Shown here: one piece after another, positions 35,686 through 50,300 of the stretch
Position numbering within the stretch: position 1 is the stretch's first letter
How the letters are laid out: the number at the start of each line of letters is the position of its first letter
Assembly: GCA_046563655.1 (NCBI GenBank)
Contig: JAJCTO010000009.1
Span: forward strand, 744,001 to 808,000
From: Yuukianura sp. NJ FZ-2021
Lineage: Eukaryota
Direction of reading: 5' to 3'
Length of the DNA: 64,000 nucleotides
The notes under the pieces: generated by a model
The model's input: only the letters and a program-made list of their open reading frames with translations
Told to the model about the DNA's origin: nothing
The model's database searches: none
Made by a program: the position numbers and the translations under genes

Positions 35686-37039
35686 GGGGAGACCGGGTAC
35701 GATTGAATCGGGGTGCGATTGAATCAGTCGCGTTAATTCGGTATTGACATGCGCAAAAAATACCAAAAAATTAACCTAGGCGGGGAACGATCATACCTTT
35801 CATTGGCAATTGAGTAAAACGCGCCAGCATTAGTTTGCACTTAGAAATAAATATTTGTTTATTTTTGATGTCAATTTTGAAACATTTCATGACCTACATA
35901 AAATCGCCTAGGGAAGTCAGTTTTGCGAAAATCGAGGTAAGTTATTTGCAAGCAGCTTACCATAAGTGGCTCGGTTACTGTTTATCATTGGCAATTTTTA
36001 TAAAAATAATTTACCATATCAACCACTTATTTGAAGATCATCGGGTAGATCGGGGACAATTGAATCACGGCATTCGGGTACAATTGAATCATTCTCTGAT
36101 GTTAGTCATATTCAATTATCTTATTTTATGCAGTTGTTTTTTTCAAGCAGAATGCATAGGCAGAGGATCAAAAAAACTTTAAGGGGCTCTGCTACCGATT
36201 GGGTAGTTCGTGGAAGCGAAATGTGCCTAAATAACTGGACAAACTATTCCACCGCATTTCGTGTTTCCTAGAAAGAAGTTTAAGCAGCATTTTGTAAACG
36301 ATGGTCCGGTTGGATTTATTGGGTCCTCAAATGGATCACGGTGGATTCAAGCCGAAGAATTTTTGGAGTTTGTTAAGTATTTTAAAATGCTTAATACTAG
36401 CAATAATACTAGCAATTGCTACTCATGCTCGTGCTTCAACTGTGAGTCAGTCATGAATTTAAGTTAACCAAAGTAAAGGGTTGTGTTATGTCTATGTGTA
36501 ATGTTTGTAACAATTTTGTTCAAATTTTCACAGAATAAGAAGGTTCCACTGATAATTGATAACCTCGAGTCACATATTTCTGTAGCAACCATAGATTTTT
36601 GCAAGAGTAGCGGCATCACGCTTTCACGCTCCTCACCTTTCCACCACACTGTTCTCACAAGTTGCAGCCGCTGGATAGAACAGTTTGGCCCTTTAAAAAA
36701 ATTTGTAAACGGAGCGTGCGATTCATTACTAATGCGATAACCTATGACTTATTTAAATAATAATATATTAGTTAAATCTTAATTAAAACGTACCTGATTC
36801 AATCGTACCCGAGTAGTGATTCAATCGTACCCGTGCATGGGTACAATTGACTCAAAAAAGTGAAGTTAATTAAACTTCGTTATCAGCAAGACTGATAAAA
36901 TATTCATCAATTAAAAAATTATTATAATGCTGTAATCGTATACCGGTAAGTGTGCCATCTTCACAAATTAAATTACTACAACGGCCTAGCCGGAAACAAA
37001 TCAAATGTAAAAAGTGATTCAATTGTACCCGGTCTCCCC
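35686..37039 (+). mobile_element. Defective pogo-like (Tc1/mariner superfamily) DNA transposon, 1354 bp, nested in the leader of element 2
   Basis: 24-bp TIRs GGGGAGACCGGGTAC(G/A)ATTGAATC (23/24 match). TA on both sides (35684-35685, 37040-37041). Internal copies of GTAC(G/A)ATTGAATC. Confidence 0.9.
36240..36720 (+). pseudogene. pogo-type DDE_1 transposase remnant
   Basis: Fragments IPPHFVFPRKKFKQHFVNDGPVG...SNGSRWIQAEEFLEFVKYF and KVPLIIDNLESHISVATIDFCKSSGITL...FGPLKK match the pogo/Fot1 pattern LxxDNHxSH...GIxL...PPH...FGPLK. Interrupted by stops and frameshifts. Confidence 0.8.
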
Positions 37040-37890
37040 TACTACAAAAAAAAACAGATTCAAGAATTTTTCCTCGACGCAGTTTTTCGTAAGTCTAGAA
37101 CCACAAAGGTCACGAAGTGGTCTCCTGAAATTTTTACGCTTTCACTCTCGCTTCTGCGTGATTTTCATGGTTCGTCGCAAGACGCAACAGCGGATCGTAC
37201 GCTGATATAACGCAGTAAAAAAAATGTGTGGGCAGGCTAACTATTGTTTCATTGAAAATAATGGCAAATTAATGGTGTAACTTAACCCGATACTTAAGTT
37301 GTGAATCCCTTACTCACACATTAAATTTCGATGGTAATTAACCCTAATACAGCTAACTGAAGAGCTTGGTTATGTTAGTCATGCTGGTAGGGTTGAGTGA
37401 AACAAGTGTAGGTCCCATTGTAACCATCCCCGCGATTGGAAGCAATTTATGTTAGGGCAATAGCTGGATCTGCTGTACAGACTTAATTGTAACCAAATTT
37501 GTTGTCTCGCAATATTATTTGAATTTAGTAAAATAAATTTGGAAATTTATATCGGAATAAACTATTGCGGACAGGCTATATGTGTAAAATCTGCATGAAT
37601 TTGCGTTCTGCCCTTAGCATGTCGGGTGTAAAACTTTGCGCGGATGTTATCAAAGTGCGCATAAGGTTTTATAACGTTGACGGCATGGAACCAAAGTTCT
37701 TGACCAATTTCTGAAAACACTATGGCTGAATAGGTTCTGCTATTTGAAATCTGCATGGAGTTGCCTTAAGGGGTTGGCTGCTTGTGGTTTTGGTTTTGTA
37801 GGTTGCGCAATGATAATTACTACTATAACGAAAAAAAAACGTACCCTACAGTACCTGTTGTTGCATTACCTTAACTGGGCAAGAAAGTCG

Positions 37891-37907
37891 ATCCGGTCGA
37901 AGGGCCA
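37891..37907 (-). other. Primer-binding site of element 2, tRNA-Tyr-like
   Basis: Minus strand TGGCCCTTCGACCGGAT, 4 nt downstream of the 5' LTR. It resembles the complement of the eukaryotic tRNA-Tyr 3' end (TGGTCCTTCGAGCCGGAT) with one mismatch and one deletion. Confidence 0.65.
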
Positions 37908-37911
37908 TTTA

Positions 37912-38344
37912 TGTGACCTCCCAGCCAGGGTGAACCTGGACATGGGTCACACACGTCGCCGCTTGGTCGGCGGTCTACTGGTTCGTCGACCTCTGTGCCC
38001 AGGTCCGAACACCACCGAAGTGGCGCAGGCCCTGGGTGCCAGCTCTAAGAATCGTGGCTGAGGAATATGGCTGAACGCTGTCAAAAGGAAAGTCGTAGAC
38101 GAAGGCAAAGTGTGGCTACGTTACTTTATTGTCTCTAGAATCTCCCTTCTCCAGTGACTGGACTCCGCCGTGACTCTCGGTCGGAAGAGGAACCATCTGG
38201 AAGATAGTTCCTCCTCGACCAAGCGCTCATCACTCACTGACTGACCATCGGGATATGACTGAGAACCTAGCCTCATCCCGAGTGCCGTCACACACCTCTG
38301 CTTGGAGACAAAGTGAGGAATCCCGCCCGGCGGGGTTACTCACA
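37912..38344 (-). repeat. 5' LTR of element 2 (433 bp)
   Basis: Direct repeat of 27490-27922. On the minus strand it has TCAGT initiator-like motifs (~38236-38244) and AATAAA (~38125-38130). Confidence 0.97.
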
Positions 38345-41300
38345 GCAACAAGTGCATAAATCTAACTGTCATTTTGGTATAAACTAATGTGGGAACTATA
38401 CAACGAAGTTTTAAGCATACCGAAAAATGGAATTTATGCCTTGTTATCGCTTATAACCATGTTCATGGAACGCATCTAATACCGGTCCACTTTGTCGTTG
38501 TGCATCAAAGACTATTACACACGGTGAACCACTTGTTGTCAGCCTTCATCTTTGAGCTCAAAGGAGAAGTGCCGGTGAAATGACAAGCTCGCCCTCACTA
38601 CAAATAACAACCAGTACTCATTTTGACACCATGATACACAATAACTCCGACGGCAATGGAGCTTCAGGGGATCCCATCATTACATTTTCTAAATCAAAAT
38701 CGAACATTCCGCATTATTTGTTATTTTGATTAAAATTGTTAGGAAAGACTTTTTTATGTCATACTACCACCTTGCACTTCCAACAAAACACACCTGAATA
38801 ACTGGTGTTCAACAATAATCTGGAATAATATTTTAGCTCAGCTCCACTATGCAACAAGTGCATAAATCTAACTGTCATTTTGGTATAAACTAATGTAGGA
38901 ACTATACAACGAAGTTTTAAACATACTGAAAAATGGAATTTATGCCTTGTTATCGCTTATAACCATCTTCATGGAACGCATCTAATACCGGTCCACTTTG
39001 TTGTAGTGCATCAACGACTATTACACACGGTGAACCACTTGTTGTCAACCTTCATCTTTGGGCACAAAGGAGAAGTGCCGGTGAAATGACAAGCTCGCCC
39101 TCACTGCAGATACCAACCAGTACTCATTTTGACACTATGAATCACAATGACTCAGACGGCAACTGAACTTCAGGGGAAATCCCATTATTAAGTTTTCTAA
39201 ATCAAAATCGAACATTCAGCATTAATTGTTATTTTGATTAAAAGCTTTAGGAAATACTTTTTTATGTCATACTTCCAATAAAGCACACCTGAGTAACTGG
39301 TGTTCAACAATAATCTGGAATTATATTTTAGCCCAACTCCACTATGCAACAAATGCATTAATCTAACCGTCATTTAGGTTTAACTAATGTGTGAACAATA
39401 CAACGAAATTTTAAACATACTGAAAAATGGAATTTATGCCTTGTTATCGCTTATAACCATCTTCATGGAACGCATCTAATACCGGTCCACTTTGTCGTAG
39501 TGCATCAACGACTATTACACACGGTGAACCACTTGTTGTCAGCCTTCATCTTTGAGCTCAAAGGAGAAGTGCCGGTGAAATGACAAGCTCGCCCTCACTA
39601 CAAATAACAACCAGTACTCATTTTGACACCATGATACACAATAACTCCGACGGCAATGGAGCTTCAGGGGATCCCATCATTACATTTTCTAAATCAAAAT
39701 CGAACATTCCGCATTATTTGTTATTTTGATTAAAATTGTTAGGAAAGACTTTTTTATGTCATACTACCACCTTGCACTTCCAACAAAACACACCTGAATA
39801 ACTGGTGTTCAACAATAATCTGGAATTATATTTTAGCTCAGCTCCACTATGCAACAAGTGCATAAATCTAACTGTCATTTTGGTATAAACTAATGTAGGA
39901 ACTATACAACGAAGTTTTAAACATACTGAAAAATGGAATTTATGCCTTGTTATCGCTTATAACCATCTTCATGGAACGCATCTAATACCGGTCCACTTTG
40001 TTGTAGTGCATCAACGACTATTACACACGGTGAACCACTTGTTGTCAACCTTCATCTTTGGGCACAAAGGAGAAGTGCCGGTGAAATGACAAGCTCGCCC
40101 TCACTGCAGATACCAACCAGTACTCATTTTGACACTATGAATCACAATGACTCAGACGGCAACTGAACTTCAGGGGAAATCCCATTATTAAGTTTTCTAA
40201 ATCAAAATCAAACATTCAGCATTAATTGTTATTTTGATTAAAAGTTTTAGGAAATACTTTTTTATGTCATACTTCCAATAAAGCACACCTGAGTAACTGG
40301 TGTTCAACAATAATCTGGAATTATATTTTAGCCCAACTCCACTATGCAACAAATGCATTAATCTAACCGTCATTTAGGTTTAACTAATGTGTGAACAATA
40401 CAACGAAATTTTAAACATACTGAAAAATGGAATTTATGCCTTGTTATCGCTTATAACCATCTTCATGGAACGCATCTAATACCGGTCCACTTTGTCGTAG
40501 TGCATCAACGACTATTACACACGGTGAACCACTTGTTGTCAGCCTTCATCTTTGAGCTCAAAGGAGAAGTGCCGGTGAAATGACAAGCTCGCCCTCACTA
40601 CAAATAACAACCAGTACTCATTTTGACACCATGATACACAATGACTCCGACGGCAATGGAGCTTCAGGGGATCCCATTATTACATTTTCTAAATCAAAAT
40701 CGAACATTCCGCATTATTTGTTATTTTGATTAAAATTGTTAGGAAACACTTTTTTATGTCATACTACCACCTTGCACTTCCAACAAAACACACCTGAATA
40801 ACTAACTGGTGCTCAACACTAATCTGGAATTATGTTTTAGCCCAACTCCACTATGCAACAAGTGCATAAATCTGACTGTCATTTTGGTATAAACTAATGT
40901 GGGAACTATACAACGAAGTTTTAAGCATACCGAAAAATGGAATTTATGCCTTGTTATCGCTTATAACCATGTTCATGGAACGCATCTAATACCGGTCCAC
41001 TTTGTCGTTGTGCATCAAAGACTATTACACACGGTGAACCACTTGTTGTCAGCCTTCATCTTTGAGCTCAAAGGAGAAGTGCCGGTGAAATGACAAGCTC
41101 GCCCTCACTACAAATAACAACCAGTACTCATTTTGACACCATGATACACAATAACTCCGACGGCAATGGAGCTTCAGGGGATCCCATCATTACATTTTCT
41201 AAATCAAAATCGAACATTCCGCATTATTTGTTATTTTGATTAAAATTGTTAGGAAAGACTTTTTTATGTCATACTACCACCTTGCACTTCCAACAAAACA

Positions 41301-44300
41301 CACCTGAATAACTGGTGTTCAACAATAATCTGGAATTATATTTTAGCTCAGCTCCACTATGCAACAAGTGCATAAATCTAACTGTCATTTTGGTATAAAC
41401 TAATGTAGGAACTATACAACGAAGTTTTAAACATACTGAAAAATGGAATTTATGCCTTGTTATCGCTTATAACCATCTTCATGGAACGCATCTAATACCG
41501 GTCCACTTTGTTGTAGTGCATCAACGACTATTACACACGGTGAACCACTTGTTGTCAACCTTCATCTTTGGGCACAAAGGAGAAGTGCCGGTGAAATGAC
41601 AAGCTCGCCCTCACTGCAGATACCAACCAGTACTCATTTTGACACTATGAATCACAATGACTCAGACGGCAACTGAACTTCAGGGGAAATCCCATTATTA
41701 AGTTTTCTAAATCAAAATCGAACATTCAGCATTAATTGTTATTTTGATTAAAAGTTTTAGGAAATACTTTTTTATGTCATACTTCCAATAAAGCACACCT
41801 GAGTAACTGGTGTTCAACAATAATCTGGAATTATATTTTAGCCCAACTCCACTATGCAACAAATGCATTAATCTAACCGTCATTTAGGTTTAACTAATGT
41901 GTGAACAATACAACGAAATTTTAAACATACTGAAAAATGGAATTTATGCCTTGTTATCGCTTATAACCATCTTCATGGAACGCATCTAATACCGGTCCAC
42001 TTTGTCGTAGTGCATCAACGACTATTACACACGGTGAACCACTTGTTGTCAGCCTTCATCTTTGAGCTCAAAGGAGAAGTGCCGGTGAAATGACAAGCTC
42101 GCCCTCACTACAAATAACCAACCAGTACTCATTTTGACACCATGATACACAATGACTCCGACGGCAATGGAGCTTCAGGGGATCCCATTATTACATTTTC
42201 TAAATCAAAATCGAACATTCCGCATTATTTGTTATTTTGATTAAAATTGTTAGGAAACACTTTTTTATGTCATACTACCACCTTGCACTTCCAACAAAAC
42301 ACACCTGAATAACTAACTGGTGCTCAACACTAATCTGGAATTATGTTTTAGCCCAACTCCACTATGCAACAAGTGCATAAATCTGACTGTCATTTTGGTA
42401 TAAACTAATGTGGGAACTATACAACGAAGTTTTAAGCATACCGAAAAATGGAATTTATGCCTTGTTATCGCTTATAACCATGTTCATGGAACGCATCTAA
42501 TACCGGTCCACTTTGTCGTTGTGCATCAAAGACTATTACACACGGTGAACCACTTGTTGTCAGCCTTCATCTTTGAGCTCAAAGGAGAAGTGCCGGTGAA
42601 ATGACAAGCTCGCCCTCACTACAAATAACAACCAGTACTCATTTTGACACCATGATACACAATAACTCCGACGGCAATGGAGCTTCAGGGGATCCCATCA
42701 TTACATTTTCTAAATCAAAATCGAACATTCCGCATTATTTGTTATTTTGATTAAAATTGTTAGGAAAGACTTTTTTATGTCATACTACCACCTTGCACTT
42801 CCAACAAAACACACCTGAATAACTGGTGTTCAACAATAATCTGGAATTATATGTTAGCTCAGCTCCACTATGCAACAAGTGCATAAATCTAACTGTCATT
42901 TTGGTATAAACTAATGTAGGAACTATACAACGAAGTTTTAAACATACTGAAAAATGGAATTTATGCCTTGTTATCGCTTATAACCATCTTCATGGAACGC
43001 ATCTAATACCGGTCCACTTTGTTGTAGTGCATCAACGACTATTACACACGGTGAACCACTTGTTGTCAGCCTTCATCTTTGGGCACAAAGGAGAAGTGCC
43101 GGTGAAATGACAAGCTCGCCCTCACTGCAGATACCAACCAGTACTCATTTTGACACTATGAATCACAATGACTCAGACGGCAACTGAACTTCAGGGGAAA
43201 TCCCATTATTAAGTTTTCTAAATCAAAATCGAACATTTAGCATTATTTGTTATTTTGATTAAAATTGTTAGGAAAGACTTTTTTATGTCATACTACCACC
43301 TTGCACTTCCAACAAAACACACCTGAATAACTGGTGTTCAACAATAATCTGGAATTATATTTTAGCTCAGCTCCACTATGCAACAAGTGCATAAATCTAA
43401 CTGTCATTTTGGTATAAACTAATGTGGGAACTATACAACGAAGTTTTAAGCATACCGAAAAATGGAATTTATGCCTTGTTATCGCTTATAACCATGTTCA
43501 TGGAACGCATCTAATACCGGTCCACTTTGTCGTTGTGCATCAAAGACTATTACACACGGTGAACCACTTGTTGTCAGCCTTCATCTTTGAGCTCAAAGGA
43601 GAAGTGCCGGTGAAATGACAAGCTCGCCCTCACTACAAATAACAACCAGTACTCATTTTGACACCATGATACACAATAACTCCGACGGCAATGGAGCTTC
43701 AGGGGATCCCATCATTACATTTTCTAAATCAAAATCGAACATTCCGCATTATTTGTTATTTTGATTAAAATTGTTAGGAAAGACTTTTTTATGTCATACT
43801 ACCACCTTGCACTTCCAACAAAACACACCTGAATAACTGGTGTTCAACAATAATCTGGAATTATATTTTAGCTCAGCTCCACTATGCAACAAGTGCATAA
43901 ATCTAACTGTCATTTTGGTATAAACTAATGTAGGAACTATACAACGAAGTTTTAAACATACTGAAAAATGGAATTTATGCCTTGTTATCGCTTATAACCA
44001 TCTTCATGGAACGCATCTAATACCGGTCCACTTTGTTGTAGTGCATCAACGACTATTACACACGGTGAACCACTTGTTGTCAACCTTCATCTTTGGGCAC
44101 AAAGGAGAAGTGCCGGTGAAATGACAAGCTCGCCCTCACTGCAGATACCAACCAGTACTCATTTTGACACTATGAATCACAATGACTCAGACGGCAACTG
44201 AACTTCAGGGGAAATCCCATTATTAAGTTTTCTAAATCAAAATCGAACATTCAGCATTAATTGTTATTTTGATTAAAAGTTTTAGGAAATACTTTTTTAT

Positions 44301-47300
44301 GTCATACTTCCAATAAAGCACACCTGAGTAACTGGTGTTCAACAATAATCTGGAATTATATTTTAGCCCAACTCCACTATGCAACAAATGCATTAATCTA
44401 ACCGTCATTTAGGTTTAACTAATGTGTGAACAATACAACGAAATTTTAAACATACTGAAAAATGGAATTTATGCCTTGTTATCGCTTATAACCATCTTCA
44501 TGGAACGCATCTAATACCGGTCCACTTTGTCGTAGTGCATCAACGACTATTACACACGGTGAACCACTTGTTGTCAGCCTTCATCTTTGAGCTCAAAGGA
44601 GAAGTGCCGGTGAAATGACAAGCTCGCCCTCACTACAAATAACAACCAGTACTCATTTTGACACCATGATACACAATGACTCCGACGGCAATGGAGCTTC
44701 AGGGGATCCCATTATTACATTTTCTAAATCAAAATCGAACATTCCGCATTATTTGTTATTTTGATTAAAATTGTTAGGAAACACTTTTTTATGTCATACT
44801 ACCACCTTGCACTTCCAACAAAACACACCTGAATAACTAACTGGTGCTCAACACTAATCTGGAATTATGTTTTAGCCCAACTCCACTATGCAACAAGTGC
44901 ATAAATCTGACTGTCATTTTGGTATAAACTAATGTGGGAACTATACAACGAAGTTTTAAACATACCGAAAAATGGAATTTATGCCTTGTTATCGCTTATA
45001 ACCATGTTCATGGAACGCATCTAATACCGGTCCACTTTGTCGTTGTGCATCAAAGACTATTACACACGGTGAACCACTTGTTGTCAGCCTTCATCTTTGA
45101 GCTCAAAGGAGAAGTGCCGGTGAAATGACAAGCTCGCCCTCACTACAAATAACAACCAGTACTCATTTTGACACAATGATACACAATAACTCCGACGGCA
45201 ATGGAACTTCAGGGGATCCCATTATTACATTTTCTAAATCAAAATCGAACATTCCGCATTATTTGTTATTTTGATTAAAATTGTTAGGAAAGACTTTTTT
45301 ATGTCATACTACCACCTTGCACTTCCAACAAAACACACCTGAATAACTGGTGTTCAACAATAATCTGGAATTATATTTTAGCTCAGCTCCACTATGCAAC
45401 AAGTGCATAAATCTAACTGTCATTTTGGTATAAACTAATGTAGGAACTATACAACGAAGTTTTAAACATACTGAAAAATGGAATTTATGCCTTGTTATCG
45501 CTTATAACCATCTTCATGGAACGCATCTAATACCGGTCCACTTTGTTGTAGTGCATCAACGACTATTACACACGGTGAACCACTTGTTGTCAGCCTTCAT
45601 CTTTGGGCACAAAGGAGAAGTGCCGGTGAAATGACAAGCTCGCCCTCACTACAGATACCAACCAGTACTCATTTTGACACTATGAATCACAATGACTCAG
45701 ACGGCAACTGAACTTCAGGGGAAATCCCATTATTACATTTTCTAAATCAAAATCGAACATTTAGCATTATTTGTTATTTTGATTAAAATTTTTAGAAAAT
45801 ACTTTTTTATGTCATACTACCACCTTGCACTTCCAATAAAGCACACCTGAAAAACTGGTGTTCAACACTAATCTGGAATTATATTTTAGCCCAACTCCAC
45901 TATGCAACAAGTGCATAAATCTAACTGTCATTTTGGTATAAACTAATGTGGGAACTATACAACGAAGTTTTAAACATACCGAAAAATGGAATTTATGCCT
46001 TGTTATCGCTTATAACCATGTTCATGGAACGCATCTAATACCGGTCCACTTTGTCGTTGTGCATCAAAGACTATTACACACGGTGAACCACTTGTTGTCA
46101 GCCTTCATCTTTGAGCTCAAAGGAGAAGTGCCGGTGAAATGACAAGCTCGCCCTCACTGCAGATACCAACCAGTACTCATTTTGACACTATGAATCACAA
46201 TGACTCAGACGGCAACTGAACTTCAGGGGAAATCCCATTATTAAGTTTTCTAAATCAAAATCGAACATTTAGCATTATTTGTTATTTTGATTAAAATTTT
46301 TAGAAAATACTTTTTTATGTCATACTACCACCTTGCACTTCCAACAAAACACACCTGAATAACTGGTGTTCAACAATAATCTGGAATTATATTTTAGCTC
46401 AGCTCCACTATGCAACAAGTGCATAAATCTAACTGTCATTTTGGTATAAACTAATGTAGGAACTATACAACGAAGTTTTAAACATACTGAAAAATGGAAT
46501 TTATGCCTTGTTATCGCTTATAACCATCTTCATGGAACGCACCTAATACCGGTCCACTTTGTTGTAGTGCATCAACGACTAATACACACGGTGAACCACT
46601 TGTTGTCAGCCTTCATCTTTGGGCACAAAGGAGAAGTGCCGGTGAAATGACAAGCTCGCCCTCACTGCAGATACCAACCAGTACTCATTTTGACACTATG
46701 AATCACAATGACTCAGACGGCAACTGAACTTCAGGGGAAATCACATTATTACATTTTCTAAATCAAAATCGAACATTCCGCAGTGTTTGTTATTTTGATT
46801 AAAATTGTTAGGAAAGACTTTTTTATGTCATACTACCACCTTGCACTTTCAATAAAGCACACCTGAGTAACTGGATGTTCAACAATAATCTGGAATTATA
46901 TTTTAGCCCAACTCCACTATGCAACAAATGCATTAATCTAACCGTCATTTTGGTATAAACTAATGTGGGAACTATACAACGAAATTTTAAACATACTGAA
47001 AAATGGAATTTATGCCTTGTTATCGCTCATAACCATGTTCATGAAACGCATCTAGTACCGGTCCACTTTGTCGTAGTGCATCAACGACTATTACACACGG
47101 TGAACCACTTGTTGTCAGCCTTCACATTTGAGCTCAAAGGAGAAGTGCCGGTGAAATGACAAGCTCGCCCTCACTACAAATACCAACCAGTACTCATTTT
47201 GACACCATGAATCACAATGACTCCGACGGCAATTTAACTTCAGGGGATCCCATTATTACATTTTCTAAATCAAAATCGAACATTCCGCATTATTTGTTTT

Positions 47301-50300
47301 TTTGATTAAAATTGTTAGGAAAGACATTTTTATGTCATACTACCACCTTGCACTTCCAATAAAGCACACCTGAATAACTGGTGTTCAACAATAATCTGGA
47401 ATTATATTTTAGCCTAACTCCACTATGCAACAAATGCATTAATCTAACCGTCATTTAGGTTTAACCAATGTGTGAACAATACAACGAAATTTTAAACATA
47501 CTGAAAAATGGAATTTATGCCTTGTTATCGCTTATAACCATCTTCATGGAACGCATCTAATACCGGTCCACTTTGTCGTAGTGCATCAACGACTATTACA
47601 CACGGTGAACCACTTGTTGTCAGCCTTCACATTTGAGCTCAAAGGAGACGTGCCGGTGAAATGACAAGCTCGCCCTCACTACAAATACCAACCAGTACTC
47701 ATTTTGACACCATGAATCACAATGACTCCGACGGCAATTTAACTTCAGAGGATCCCATTATTACATTTTCTAAATCAAAATCGAACATTCCGCATTATTT
47801 GTTTTTTTGATTAAAATTGTTAGGAAAGACATTTTTATGTCATACTACCACCTTGCACTTCCAATAAAGCACACCTGAATAACTGGTGTTCAACAATAAT
47901 CTGGAATTATATTTTAGCCCAACTCCACTATGCAACAAATGCATTAATCTAACCGTCATTTAGGTTTAACCAATGTGTGAACAATACAACGAAATTTTAA
48001 ACATACTGAAAAATGGAATTTATGCCTTGTTATCGCTTATAACCATCTTCATGGAACGCATCTAATACCGGTCCACTTTGTCGTAGTGCATCAACGACTA
48101 TTACACACGGTGAACCACTTGTTGTCAGCCTTCATCTTTGAGCACAAAGGAGAAGTGCCGGTGAAATGACAAGCTCGCCCTCACTACAGATACCAACCAG
48201 TACTCATTTTGACACTATGAATCACAATGACTCAGACGGCAACTGAACTTCAGGGGAAATCACATTATTACATTTTCTAAATCAAAATCGAACATTCCGC
48301 AGTGTTTGTTATTTTGATTAAAATTGTTAGGAAAGACTTTTTTATGTCATACTACCACCTTGCACTTTCAATAAAGCACACCTGAGTAACTGATGTTCAA
48401 CAATAATCTGGAATTATATTTTACCCCAACTCCACTATGCAACAAATGCATTAATCTAACCGTCATTTAGGTTTAACTAATGTGTGAACAATACAACGAA
48501 ATTTTAAACATACTGAAAAATGGAATTTATGCCTTGTTATCGTTTATAACCATCTTCATGGAACGCATCTAATACCGGTCCACTTTGTTGTAGTGCATCA
48601 ACGACTATTACACACGGTGAACCACTTGTTGTCAGCCTTCATCTTTGAGCTCAAAGGAGAAGTGCCGGTGAAATGACAAGCGCGACCTCACTACAGATAC
48701 CAACCAGTACTCATTTTGACACTATGAATCACAATGACTCAGACGGCAACTGAACTTCAGGGGAAATCACATTATTACATTTTCTAAATCAAAATCGAAC
48801 ATTCCGCATTATTTGTTATTTTGATTAAAATTGTTAGGAAAGACTTTTTTATGTCATACTACCACCTTGCACTTCCAACAAAACACACCTGAATAACTAA
48901 CTGGTGCTCAACACTAATCTGGAATTATGTTTTAGCCCAACTCCACTATGCAACAAGTGCATAAATCTAACTGTCATTTTGGTATAAACTAATGTGGGAA
49001 CTATACAACGAAGTTTTAAACATACCGAAAAATGGAATTTATGCCTTGTTATCGCTTATAACCATGTTCATGGAACGCATCTAATACCGGTCCACTTTGT
49101 CGTTGTGCATCAACGACTATTACACACGGTGAACCACTTGTTGTCAGCCTTCATCTTTGAGCTCAAAGGAGAAGTGCCGGTGAAATGACAAGCTCGCCCT
49201 CACTACAAATAACAACCAGTACTCATTTTGACACCATGATACACAATAACTCCGACGGCAATGGAGCTTCAGGGGATCCCATCATTACATTTTCTAAATG
49301 AAAATCGAACATTCAGCATTATTTGTTATTTTGATTAAAATTTTTAGAAAATACTTTTTTATGTCATACTACCACCTTGCACTTCCGATAAAGCACACCT
49401 GAATAACTGGTGCTCAACACTAATCTGGAATTATATTTTAGCCCAACTCCACTATGCAACAAGTGCTTAAATCTAACTGTCATTTTGGTATAAACTAATG
49501 TGGGAACTATACAACGAAGTTTTAAACATACCGAAAAATGGAATTTATGCCTTGTTATCGCTCATAACCATGTTCATGGAACGCCTCTAAGTACCGGTCC
49601 ACTTTGTCGTAGTGCATCAACGACTATTACACACGGTGAACCAATTGTTGTCAGCCTTCACATTTGAGCTCAAAGGAGAAGTGCCGGTGAAATGACAAGC
49701 TCGCCCTCACTACAAATACCAACCAGTACTCATTTTGACACCATGAATCACAATGACTCCGACGGCAATTTAGCTTCAGGGGATCCCATTATTACATTTT
49801 CTAAATCAAAATCGAACATTCCGCATTATTTGTTTTTTTGATTAAAATTGTTAGGAAAGACATTTTTATGTCATACTACCACCTTGCACTTCCAATAAAG
49901 CACACCTGAATAACTGTTGTTCAACAATTATCTGGAATTATATTTTAGCCCAACTCCACTATGCAACAAGTGCATAAATCTAACCGTCATTTAGGTTTAA
50001 CTAATGTGTGAACTATACAACGAAATTTTAAACATACTGAAAAATGGAATTTATGCCTTGTTATTGCTTATAACCATCTTCATGGAACGCATCTAATACC
50101 GGTCCACTTTGTCGTAGTGCATCAACGACTATTACACACGGTGAACCACTTGTTGTCAGCCTTCATCTTTGAGCTCAAAGGAGAAGTGCCGGTGAAATGA
50201 CAAGCTCGCCCTCACTACAGATACCAACCAGTACTCATTTTGACACTATGAATCACAATGACTCAGACGGCAACTGAACTTCAGGGGAAATCACATTATT

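Larger units (their letters stand above)
27490..38344 (-). mobile_element. Non-autonomous/degenerate Gypsy-like LTR retrotransposon (element 2, 10855 bp)
   Basis: 433-bp LTRs (TG...CA) with 4 mismatches seen by eye. 5-bp TSD GCAAC at 27485-27489 and 38345-38349. PBS and PPT-like motif present. gag frameshifted, protease degenerate, no RT core or integrase core ORF. Confidence 0.93.
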
